Of a stretch of 64,000 nt of DNA, positions 14,101 through 25,110 are shown one piece after another (within the stretch, counting starts at the first letter, position 1; each line of letters opens with the position of its first letter). Under the pieces are notes generated by a model. The model worked only from the letters and a program-made list of their open reading frames with translations, did no database searches and was not told the origin of the DNA. Source of the DNA: Antedon mediterranea (lineage: Eukaryota > Animalia > Echinodermata); assembly GCF_964355755.1 (NCBI RefSeq), contig NC_092674.1, positions 24,304,001 through 24,368,000 of the forward strand, written 5' to 3'. Both the position numbers and the translations under genes were made by a program.

Positions 14101-17100
14101 AACACACCTACAGTACTGTATTGTTAATTATTATAATAATAAATAATAATAAATAAATAAATAAATGACCAAACAATCCTAGACCTAGCAAAGCTAAAAT
14201 GCCTTGGCCTAGCCTAATACTAATACTAACAGGCCTACAGTAGCTAGGCCTACAACTAGCTAGGCTGAAAAGCAGCAATACCAAGTACTGTATGAACAGG
14301 CAACTGGATCTCATGTAGGCTAATTATGTTTTTTCATACGACAATAAAATGTTTTTTTACGATTCTACGTCTGGTAGAGATGTTCCCATTAATTAATCAA
14401 ATCCTACAAACGATCTAAAGCTAATTTAAATGCCTTTTTGATCTAAATAGTAGTACATTTCTCAAAAAATGTACTTCCATTGTGAAACCAGTCATAACAT
14501 TCAATCTTCCCCCCGACGAAAGTACAACATAGGTGGCGCTGTTGTATTTCAAAAGCAATAGTATAAACAAATATTTTCCAAACGCAAAATGATTTTTTTT
14601 TTCGTACACAATAAAAATTACTATTAAATGATCATTTAATAGTGCATACTATTGCACCCATGTGACCCACAATCGTCCAATCAAATGACAAGAATTTATT
14701 TAGCTGTTTTATATATAATAGGCTATAAAACTTTTCTTTTATTCATATATTTTAATTTTATTCATTATTTTCAGGTGTACCAATGTTCTTTTTTTACGGA
14801 ATGCTCTCTTTGAGTTGGCCTACAGTCCTCTCACTAAAAAGTATGATCTAACCAGTTTAAAGTCTGGTAAGGGAACTTTAAATCAGAATTTAATTTACTG
14901 CAGTTACTTCAGTAACCACCTTTGTTTATGTAATAATGTATGTTTCAGTTTGTTTCAAGTGTAGTTTTTATGAGGTATTCACCAAAATAAACAGTGCATA
15001 TGTTTAAACCAAGCTTTTTGAATCATTTCATAAACATATAAAGAGTAAACAAAGCTGCAGTAGTACTGTGAAAAATTATATAAATGAAGCTTAAAACAGA
15101 AAAAGTAGTATTGCCACAGTTCCAGGCTGAAAGAATAAAACTCAATTAAATGATTTTCGGTCCATGTAACATTTCTGAACTTTTATAAATGGCCCTAAAT
15201 AGTTGCAAATGTTATTCTTGAAACAATTTGTTTTTTTAAAAATAATTTTGTCAGAGTACTTTTATCAGGGAAGCATGCACTTTTATTATACTTACTCCTC
15301 CCATGTGCAAATTAGTATAAAACCACGTATTAAGATAGAAAACGTACGGAGCATGGGTTACTTTTATTTAATTTCCAGTAACAATTCAGAAATTATATAA
15401 ATGATTTCTTCGATTTTTGTAAGCATTTCAATGTCAGAAATTTAAATTGTTACGTCTTGTCACCTCTTTTGCCTGATCCTGAAATCGAAAAATCTTTTTT
15501 ATTAAGGAAAATAACACCTTTTAGCTTGATGTTGTTCAAAAATGAACATTCTAGTTTAGTGTTGTTTTTCTTGTAGGTATGATCGGTGGATCCCCCATCC
15601 CACCAGAAGTTATTTGTCATGTAAAGAAAACATACAACATGAATGTTGTTGTAAGTAAACTTACCATTCTTTTTAATGATTACCCCTCCTCTGGGATAAA
15701 CCTATTAGGGTGACACTCCTATTAAGGGGAAACTCATATTAAGGAGAAACTCATATTAAGGAGAAACTCATATTAAGGAGAAACTCCTATTAAGGGCACA
15801 TTCCTATTAAGAAGACACTCCTATTAAGGAGACTCCTATTAAGGGGAAACTCCTATTAAGGGTACACTCCTATTAAGAAGACACTCCTATTAAGGAGACT
15901 CCTATTAAGGGGAAACTCCTATTAAGGGTACACTCCTATTAAGAAGACACTCCTATTAAGGAGACTCCTATTAAGGGGACACTCCTATTATAGGGAAAAC
16001 TCATATTAAGGGAACACTTCTATTAAGGGGACATTCCTATTATTAAGGGAACACTCATATTAAGGGAACACTCATATTAAGAGAACACTTCTATTAAGGG
16101 AACATTCCTATTAAGGGGACACTCCTATTAAATGGGACACTCCTATTAAATGGGACACTCCTATTATAGGGATAACTCATATTAAGGGATAACTCATATT
16201 AAGAGAACACTTCTATTAAGGGAACATTCCTATTAAGGGGACACTCCTATTAAATGGGACACTCCTATTATAGGGATAACTCATATTAAGGGATAACTCA
16301 TATTAAGGGAACACTCCTATTAAGAGGACACTTCTATTAAGGGGACACTCCTATTAAGGGGACACTCCTATTATAGGGAACACTCATATTAAGGGAACAC
16401 TTCTATTAAGGGAACATTCCTATTAAGGGGACACTCCTATTAAGGGGACACTTTCCTGTGAAACGAACAAAAGGCAATATATATGTTTTACCACTATGGC
16501 CAACCTTATTCAGGGTACAACCTAACTGTATTATGGGAAAACTTTGTTGGGCCTTGAAGGTGTCCCTTAATAGGGGTTCTATTGCTTGATTAATGTATTG
16601 AACATTTCTCCAACATCCAACACACTGTACCACATGCCCTCGGTAATTACAGTTGGGTAATTTAGCAAAATCAAAATGTGAAAGTAAACGGAGAGTAAAA
16701 AGAACCATGCCAGACTCTTTAAAAAACACTATTCTTTTTTTCCCAAAGATTACGTATGGGTCAACAGAAACAGCTATGATAAGTATGCTGCGCCACAAAA
16801 ACCTCATTGAAACAGCTTCAACAGTTGGCCAGCCACTACCCTATGTTGAGGTAAATATTAAATCCGCATCACCAATTATTACACCACCCTGCACTACCCC
16901 TCTTTCCCATTATCATCATAAACATTATTAATGTCAATTTGAATAATCATGAACATCCCAGGTGCGGATCCAGCGGGATGATAACATCATCATTCCCCTT
17001 GTCGTAGAAACCATTGAACTCATTGTCAACACCATCTTCATCCTTTTCATCATCAACATTACCAACGGACCTAGTGCCAGGGTTGCAACTCGCGTAATTT

Positions 17101-20100
17101 TGTTAGGTCAATAAAAGCTGTGGAGGTGTGAAGTTGAAATAAACAAAATTATTATTCAAGCATTGAACACTTTTCTTTTGAGTCAATTAAATTTATAATA
17201 TCTTTAATTAATCAAATATATTTATGTTTTATAAAAGGTTCAGATTGTAGATAGAGATGAGTATGCAGTAAAGATTGGTGAAAGGGGAGAGGTTTGGGTT
17301 CGTAATCCAGTATCGTTTTGCGGCTATTACGGAGATTCTGAGACAACTAAACAAGTAAAAAATAAACATGGATGGATAAAAACTGGGTAAGAAAATTAAA
17401 TTGAATTGAAACAGTGTATAGAATTATTTATGTAAAGCTCGTAATGTTAGTACCTCAGATCATTTTTTTTAAACATTGAAAATACATGTAGTAAACACAA
17501 AATGGTATACTGTACTTAAACCTCCCTCACTTTCAATCTGAAACCATATATGAGTGAGTGAATGGCCGAGCGGTTAAGACAGTGGAACCGTAATAACATC
17601 GGTAAGAGTTTGAGGCTCGCCTAAATAAGCTTTCATTAATTAATGTTTACCATTAAAATAAGCAGATATGTTTTGCCAATTGTTAAGCTCTGTCTACACT
17701 ATCAAACTAGTTTTTAAAAAAAAGTGTGATGTACCCAAATATGGTAGTGATATTCCCAAATATGGTAGTGATATGACATCATCGACGCGTGTCCATGGGC
17801 AAATCGCATTTTTTTGTCACATAAAATTTGATAGTGTAAACAGAGCTTCAGAATGTATTCATAAGTACACTCTTTTGGGATTTCCCCATTTAGTATTCAT
17901 AAGTACACTCTTTTGGGATTTCCCCATTTATTGTGTTGATCATGTAATAATATTACTAGATAAACATTATTACAAACTAATTTAACTTTAATTTCAGAGA
18001 TATTGGCAAGTTAGACAAAGATGGGTACATAACTATTATTGGTAGAGTTAAGGTATGTGGCGTACAAAGAAACTATGGTCAATATGTTATTAAAATGGAA
18101 ACATAGAAACCGTATGTTAACAGTGAAGAAAGTCAGTGCGAAATGAAACCATTGCAAATTTAAACTACATTTTGATACATTTTTCCTGCTTAGAGGTGTA
18201 ATATAATATTGTAATTGTAATATATTACATTTGACATCCTCTGACAGAATCACATTTTTCTTGAATGTCATGACTATTTTGCCGCTCCATAATCTCCTTG
18301 ATTTTCTTCCTTATATTTAAATTAACTGTTTATACTAAGACATATTACTGTTAATTTATTTGTATGTTATGATATCCACTTACAAATTTGGTTAAATCTT
18401 CTGTCACCTAAAAGTTGTGGTAAGTCATGTCTCGGTCACATTCTATAGTCGTTGTACAGATAGGCTGCTACATCAGTACTTCTATGAATCAATGGCTAGT
18501 TGGTTACAAGAAAGCTAGTTGATCATATCCAGTACCGTTTTGATTTTACGATCATTCGGGGAACCACTTCACGACCGTCCTCAATATAATTCATCAATAT
18601 ATCAAAAATATTGCAAATGTAACAAATCTTATTCTCGTATTTTTATGTAATATTATGCATCTTGACTGTTTTAATTTATATAAACCAAAATGAGGCAGGA
18701 TTACATACTTATTATGTAATCATGCCTCATTTTGCATGTACTTGTCCTGTTTTGTTGCTTATGTTAAGCATTTGAGACAATCATTCTAAACTAAATATTT
18801 CCTATTCAAGAATGACTAACTATTTTACTTCGGTTGCCATGCAAGCAATACTGTATACGATTTAATGATAATCTCGTACTGTTACAGGACACTATATTTA
18901 GTAACAACTTGAATGTTTATCCAACGGAAGTTGAATCTGTTATCTTTAAACATCCAGCAGTCAAGCAAGTTCAGGTGAGCAAATATTGTGTTACTGTACT
19001 ACAGTATGTCAATAGGCTTCCTCTCCTACATTATCATGAATTAATCCACAGCCTAACTATACTAAATCCACTCTAATACCCTTTTCACATCTGAATAAAT
19101 TATAATTGTAACATAGTTTGATCTTGATTTATTACACGTTTTAAGTTCATACACGCATACGCGAACCTTGAGAAATCTCGGGAGAGGGTATAATTGAGCG
19201 CTATTTGATTAATATAATTGGTCAGTTTAATATCATGGCAATTATGCATGTGCAGTAACAACTCGGGATATCTCGGAAGTAAAAAACAAAAACGAGATTT
19301 CCACAAAATTGTCTTCACATTATGTAAACCTGGTTACAACTTGTTGAAAGTTGTTACTTTCTGCAGATGTGAAAAGGATATAAGTTTTGGTCAGGCCATT
19401 GTTTCTGTATTATTGGGCTTGTGTTTAGTACTGATATTGACCTTGAGTCTAAATAAAGCATTTTTATGAAAACATTTGTATTTTGTGGTTATGCATCACT
19501 TATTCCTTTTATTATTTAGGTTATTGGTGTACCAAACAAATTAACTGGAGAAGACGTGTGTGCATGTATAAGGTGATTGCATTCTACTAATATACGAATA
19601 CGAATAGAACTTTATTGCAATCAAAAGATTGAAGTTTAACAAAAGCGTTTCACTCATGCAAAATGAAAATATAAAAAACATTTAGAAAGGTAGTACAAAC
19701 AATAAAAATATTAAATATTAAAAATATAACATTCCCAATGCAATAAAATGACCACACTTATTCTGGGACCCTGCTACACATGACAGGGTAAAAGTAACTA
19801 ATTAGTATGGTGAATATCAAGCCTGTAGCCGGGGTTTTTACAGGAGAGTCCATTCACATTTAGGCCTATTTACCATTAATTCTGCTGGTCTGTGATAAAA
19901 AAGGACACAAACACCCCCCCCCCCCCTGCCACCTCTGTCTATGAGCTTGAATATTTACTTTGACAAAAGAATTTGACAAAATGGTGATCCTTCAGAAAAT
20001 AACTCCCCCACATACTGTACAGTATTAAGTATGAAATTAATTTATTTTCTATTTCTGGGTGTTTTTCAGACTTAAGTCAGTTGTTAATAGCTATAAAGAA

Positions 20101-22509
20101 GATCTAGAAAAGTTCTGTTTGGATAAGGTAATGAGGTTTTCTTTTTATTTAATCAAGAAATGTATGAAATCTTGAAAATTTGGAATATTTGCAATTTTGT
20201 GAGAGCTGTGTTTATGAAAAAAACCTGAAGTTGAGAGTGAAACCTGCAACGAAATCAGAAAAGTTTAGAACGTCAATGCTGTTTAATAAATGAAACATAT
20301 TTTGTTAATGTACAAAATTGTCAGGTTTATAGGTTTAAAGGCCGATAAATAGATAAACATACATTTTCTTACATAAAACAAAAGAAATTGGAAAAGTTTT
20401 CGTTCTAGAACTATATAGCATATCATTTATGCTGTCATTTGATAAAATTAATATGTTCAATAAAAACATTAAAATCGTATTGTCACGATATTATTGCTCA
20501 AACTAATCATAATGTCATTTGATTGGACATGTGAAAATATTATTTTTAAGAAGCATAGATGGTTATCTTATATTTCTAGGATGAAACCTGTTTTTATTTC
20601 TTTTGCTTTATGTATGAAAAATGCATATTTATCTATTATCATCAATTGTTATCATCTTAGCCTTTACAAAGTTCTGCTCCTTATTTAAGTTACTAAAAAT
20701 GTTGATATATTTACCTATGCTACATTTAAAAGAGTTGGAAACATTTCCTTATTCCTTTTTTTGTATTTGGTTTTTACATCATTTTTTATTTTTACCAAAT
20801 AAAACACATCCGCTTTTGTTTGCAAACTATATCCTTTTAAAATGTTTGGTGACGTCATTGCAATTTACTATTTTCTGTACTATTGGTCTAAATACGAACA
20901 ATTGAAAAAAGAAAAATCTTTCAATTATTTTTGCAGATACCAATCTTTGCAAAACCAAAACACATCCTGGTATTTGAAGACGAGTTTCCTTGTGGCGTCA
21001 CAGGAAAGGTTAGTTTTCATATGAAATCTTTTTATTAAGTTATTAATAAAACCAGCAACTACAGTTACTAGCAATGCAAGGTATTGAAATAGTAACAAAT
21101 GTACCTTACTTGATTGCTAGACCCTATATTCCTGAAAAGAAATGGAGCCTTAACTTAACTTAACTTAACTTATTTATACTGGGTAACCTCTTCAGTCAAA
21201 GATTCTCCCAGAAGACCCAGTTATGATCAGTGGCTGTGAGTGTACTAGTACACCGTGGGGTAACCCCTTAAACGTCTCAAAAGATGTACTAGGTTCTTTA
21301 AAGTGCGCATGAGCTAGATGTGTACACTGGAGCTACGGTTTATAGTCCTTATCCGAAAAGCCTCGACTCGACTTTACCACCAGAACCATGGAGCGAGTGA
21401 GCCTTGAACCCTTGCCGATGCTCACTCGCTCAATTCGAAGGATGATCCGCTGCCTTCTTCCACAAGGAAACTTTTAATCCAAACGTTTACATTTTTCCTT
21501 TCCTTAATTTTTCTTTTCCAATTTACCAATTTTGTGGAGGGAACTTTGAAAAATCTCGTACTAGTAGTATTAAAGCCCGGCGCACACTAGAGCTTTCGGC
21601 TGAGCCAACTGGCACGAGTAACACTTGGCTCACTAAAAAATTTGCCGCAAACTATGTTCGCGTTCTATCGGACGCACACTAAACGCCTTGAGTACGCGAT
21701 TTTCTGATTGGATAATTACTTACTACGCTATACGGCACGCGCTGAAATATCATAATAAATCAGAACATGTCATGCGCAGTGGAATTTTTTAGTGAGCAGG
21801 AAGCTCACGTTCGGCGCACACTTGAGGAAAATGGCACGCGTGCCAAAAAATATTAAACACAATAGATATTTTCCTCAGCGGCACGCGTGCCAATTCCTCA
21901 CGAAATCCCCGGCGCACACTGTGAGGCAAGTGTTACTCGTGGCAGTTGGCTCAGCCGAAAGCTCTAGTGTGCGCCGGGCTTAAGGGGTCCGGACACTTCC
22001 TCATGAAACTAATGAGAGCGCCGGCCCATATACTGTATATATTTCAACGCAACTACTACTATTCAGGGGACTCTTTGTTGAGCCCTAAATATTCTAATGT
22101 ATTGCATAAAATATTTGTAAATATTCGAATTACAAATTAAAACAAGATAATGACTAGAAAATTGAATTTACCCTCAAACAACCAGGTACACGAATTTGCT
22201 GTTTTGTGTGGAAAGACTTTAGGCAGTGCATCACGTGTTTACTTTCGTTTTGACAGTTGTGAATTGAAAAAATGGTATAAATACCAACTTTAACCGTTGA
22301 CGCCCAGCTCAAGGTTTTTCTTTCTTGAGCCCATTGCCATATGTAGAAAGAAAAAGAAAACCACTTTAAATTCCAATACAAAATCACCACACAGTAAACT
22401 CATTTAAAGCACAATAGATACAGTATATATTTTTTCATTTTTTTAGATTGATCGCAGAAAACTAAAAGAGATGGCAATTAATCGAATATCCTCACCTGAA
22501 ACTTCATAG
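8167..22509 (+). CDS. Acyl-CoA synthetase, ACSF2-like (ANL/AMP-binding superfamily), ~556 aa, 18 coding exons
   Basis: Exons 8167-8337, 8661-8789, 9589-9642, 10150-10262, 10389-10436, 11282-11390, 11832-11924, 12999-13147, 14775-14866, 15577-15650, 16749-16850, 17238-17386, 17998-18052, 18888-18974, 19520-19572, 20070-20127, 20937-21008, 22447-22509 (sum 1671 nt, in frame). Motifs: GLCRGD, P-loop YMTSGTTGMPK, YGSTE, GWIKTGD, IIGRVKD, VYPTEVE...HPAV, TGKIDR. Confidence 0.92.
8829..8999. mobile_element. Harbinger-like MITE, family A copy (left end degraded)
   Basis: Internal core tgtgatgtgcccatatatggacatga...tcactaccatatttgggc and right TIR GTTTGATAGTGTAGACAGAGCT. Confidence 0.8.
10451..10645. 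mobile_element. Harbinger-like MITE, family A copy with expanded 21-bp internal repeat
   Basis: Same family core in reverse orientation, with gtagtgatatgcccaaataa repeated about 4 times. Confidence 0.75.
10653..11248. mobile_element. Non-autonomous Kolobok-like DNA transposon
   Basis: TTAA|AGACACCTTCCCTAC...GTAGGGAAGGTGTCT|TTAA: 15-bp perfect TIR starting with purines, TTAA TSD. Confidence 0.8.
12089..12738. mobile_element. Non-autonomous piggyBac-like DNA transposon
   Basis: TTAA|CACTTTGACTGCC...GGCAGTCAAAGTG|TTAA. The right subterminal segment (aaacacg.agatctc.gtgtttggcagtcaa.gtg) is tandemly duplicated. Confidence 0.8.
13360..13712. repeat. Degenerate ~14-bp minisatellite (ggttctatttact), two blocks
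   Basis: Repeats at ~13360-13480 and ~13635-13712. Confidence 0.6.
15700..16584. repeat. 17-bp minisatellite (ctcctattaaggggaca) expanded inside a CAGTAGAACC-family MITE
   Basis: Roughly 40 or more copies over 15700-16452. The element's right end GTGTCCCTTAATAGGGGTTCTATTG (16560-16584) is the inverse of the 3401 terminus. Confidence 0.9.
17552..17620 (+). mobile_element. Isolated tRNA-derived SINE head (same family as 23645-23974)
   Basis: gagtgagtgaatggccgagcggttaagacagtggaaccgtaat...gagtttgaggctc matches the head of the full copy. Confidence 0.7.
17686..17847. mobile_element. Harbinger-like MITE, family A copy
   Basis: AGCTCTGTCTACACTATCAAAC...TTTGATAGTGTAAACAGAGCT. Confidence 0.85.
19077..19380. 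mobile_element. Harbinger-like MITE
   Basis: TAA|TACCCTTTTCACATCTG...CAGATGTGAAAAGGATA|TAA. Confidence 0.75.
21150..21432 (-). mobile_element. tRNA-derived SINE with Deu/Nin-like central domain, 5'-truncated
   Basis: Closely similar to 23681-23920; short tandem (TTAAG)n tail. Confidence 0.8.
21574..21980. mobile_element. Harbinger/PIF-like MITE with long TIRs
   Basis: TAA|AGCCCGGCGCACACTAGAGCTTTCGGCTGAGCCAACTG...CAGTTGGCTCAGCCGAAAGCTCTAGTGTGCGCCGGGCT|TAA: ~60-bp TIR and TAA TSD. Confidence 0.9.
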
Positions 22510-23644
22510 ATAAATTAATATTTATTTAGAATTATTAGTTAATATTTAAATTAAACTATAAATCATAATTTTAATATAAATTCTTTATTTAGGTATTTGA
22601 ACACTAAAAAAGACAAACTAATCATAATTAATAATTATAAATAAAAATTATGTGAATATCTGGTTGTAAATATTAATATGATTTTAAAAACGAGATGTTA
22701 TTGTTTGTGTTTGTTTTAGTCTTTTAGTATAAACCAGTAGTCATAGGATTGTTCTACATTAGCGGCTATATGGTTTTAAAAAAACAATTAGCAGGGAGTA
22801 AAAAAGAGGAAATGGTATTAAGAATCGTGATTGTAGATTTGACATACGGCCTAAAATTAGTAAAATTATAAACAAATGGTCCAGAATTGAGATCCTGGTC
22901 CAGATTGCCTCCAAAATTTAATGGAGTTGTCTGTGACCACATATCTATGTGTGGCTTAAATTTGGTAGACAAATTCAAATCTAGTTCAACCTATTTTCGC
23001 CGCAGCTCTGGCAAATCTGGATTTGACAACTCACTAATACTGTATCACAAATAATAATCAACTGAAAACAAAATGCATTGCTTATATTTATTGAATATAT
23101 ATATAAAAAAACAATATAACAAAAATACTGTACATAGATCGACAGATAACACGTAACCACCACCGCTCTGTTAGAGGGTTGCTCAAATAATCTTACATTA
23201 TCATTAAATTGTCATAGAAACTTGTTCGTTCCCCGTATTAATTCAGGATCAACCATCTCCCCCAACCACCACTAACCAAGAGCCCCACATCATTACTTAA
23301 CAGAACATATAGTATAGTATACAGTATTATTCAAAATCATCTCTTATATCTTCTTACTACGTATAGTAGTAACCCCCCCCCCCCCAAACCCATCAATGCA
23401 ATACAACACTTTGTGCTTCCAAGTTCCCTTCCTCTATTTCAAGTCTTATATGACAATTGAATCCTGCAATTTAATTGTTAATATGAGTTATGAAACCAAA
23501 ACCAAATTATTATAAATGTAATTGTAATCGCAAAGAAAGAAGAAAAAAAAGTGCATATTAACTAATGGTAATTATGATGCTATGTACTACCTGACATAAA
23601 AAGTATCTCTTATTCCTGGCAAGAGTTTTCAGTTTAAAATTTTT

Positions 23645-23974
23645 TGAAATTTATATTTATTGAAATTTATATTTATACTGTACTGGGTAACCTCTTCAGT
23701 CAAAGACTGGTCTCCCAGAGGGCCCAGTTGGTGATCAGTGGCTGTGATGTACTAATACACCGGGGTAACCCCCTACTCGTCTCGAAAGATGTACTAGGTT
23801 CTTTAAAGTGCACACGAGCTAGATGTGTACACTGGACCTACGTTTTATAGTCCTTATCCAAGAAGACTCGTTCTACCACCAGAACCATGGAGTGAGTTAG
23901 CCTCGAACCCCTGCCGATGTTATGGCTACGTAATTACGGTTCCACTGTCTTAACCACTCGGCCACTCACTCACT
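23645..23974 (-). mobile_element. Full-length tRNA-derived SINE with Deu/Nin-like central domain
   Basis: Minus strand: A box TGGCCGAGTGG, B box GGTTCGAGGC, then GGATAAGGACTATAAAACGTAGGTCC...GCACTTTAAAGAACC...TTCGAGACGAGTAGGGGGTTACCCCGGTG, resembling the remembered DeuSINE/AmnSINE core, then an AT-rich repeat tail. Confidence 0.8.
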
Positions 23975-24239
23975 AATCAATAATCTCAATTTCAAAATCT
24001 TATTGGACAATTAAATCCTATGTAATTTAATTTATGAGTTATGAAACCAAAACCAAATTATTGTTTATGTAATTGCATACAACTCTCTTTCACTGATCAT
24101 ACCATATAGAAAAAGTGCATATTTACTAATATGGTAATTATGATGCTATGTTTTACCTGATCTAAACATTATCTCTTATTCCTGGCAAGAGTTTTTACCT
24201 AATATTATGTAGACTTTGATAATTTTACAAAAACAACTA

Positions 24240-25007
24240 CCGTAGTTCCTCGGGTATAATCCCACCTCGAGTATAATCCCACCCCCGACTTTACGATTAC
24301 CTTCGCACGCAAGCATATCCTCGGGCAAAGTCCCAGTGTATAATTTATCATTAGGACAGAGGTAGGCCTAGCTAGCTAGGCCGATTTTTTTTAAAGAAAT
24401 TCTCACCAAAAAATAGAGTCATTTCTCTGAATTCGGCTGACTTAAAACTCATCAAACATTGGCCATCGTAAAGTTGAATACAACCTTAATATCATCGCCC
24501 CGATCTTCGCGTTCTGCACATCATGCATTCGCCGCACACTCGCTCGCCGTGTACATGCATGCCTTGTTTACACTACTGCATGCTTGATTACCATAAAATA
24601 AACACCGCCCTCTATACCGACAGGAGCAGTACTGTAGTTCGTGTCACATGCAACAACATGCCATTTGCACATAGCTCGAGCGTGGGGAATCGGGAGGAAA
24701 GACGGAGAACTCGTATGAGAATATGTCGATATTATTTAGGAAGCCAGGCCCAGATCACATTTTAGGGTATTTTTTAAGTAGAAATCTGGGAGAAAATCTA
24801 TACAGTAGGCATAGACCAATTAGGCTGCCTAGGCCTAGATGACCTGGCAGTCTAACGTCTAGGCCTACATCGGAATATAGCTTTAGATAGCCTAAATGTT
24901 GTCATTTTCAGTTCATGCACCGGGAAATCCCCGGGTATAGTCCCACCTCCCAAATTCGGGCAAATTTCACGTACAAGGGGGGTGGGATTATACCCGGGGA
25001 ACTACGG
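24240..25007. mobile_element. Non-autonomous Tc1/mariner-pogo-like DNA transposon
   Basis: TA|CCGTAGTTCCTCGGGTATAATCCCACC...GGTGGGATTATACCCGGGGAACTACGG|TA, with subterminal repeats of gtataatcccacc. Confidence 0.85.
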
Positions 25008-25110
25008 TATTATACATTTCTTGTTTGAAAAATCATGTGTATATTGTATACTTTACAGACCCACAGAAACTATAAAAAATATATGTAAATTTGAATAGTG
25101 AAAACAATAT

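Noticed and set aside
23895-23974. Possible tRNA gene
   Set aside because: A and B boxes are present but it continues into a SINE body shared with another copy; no proper acceptor stem.
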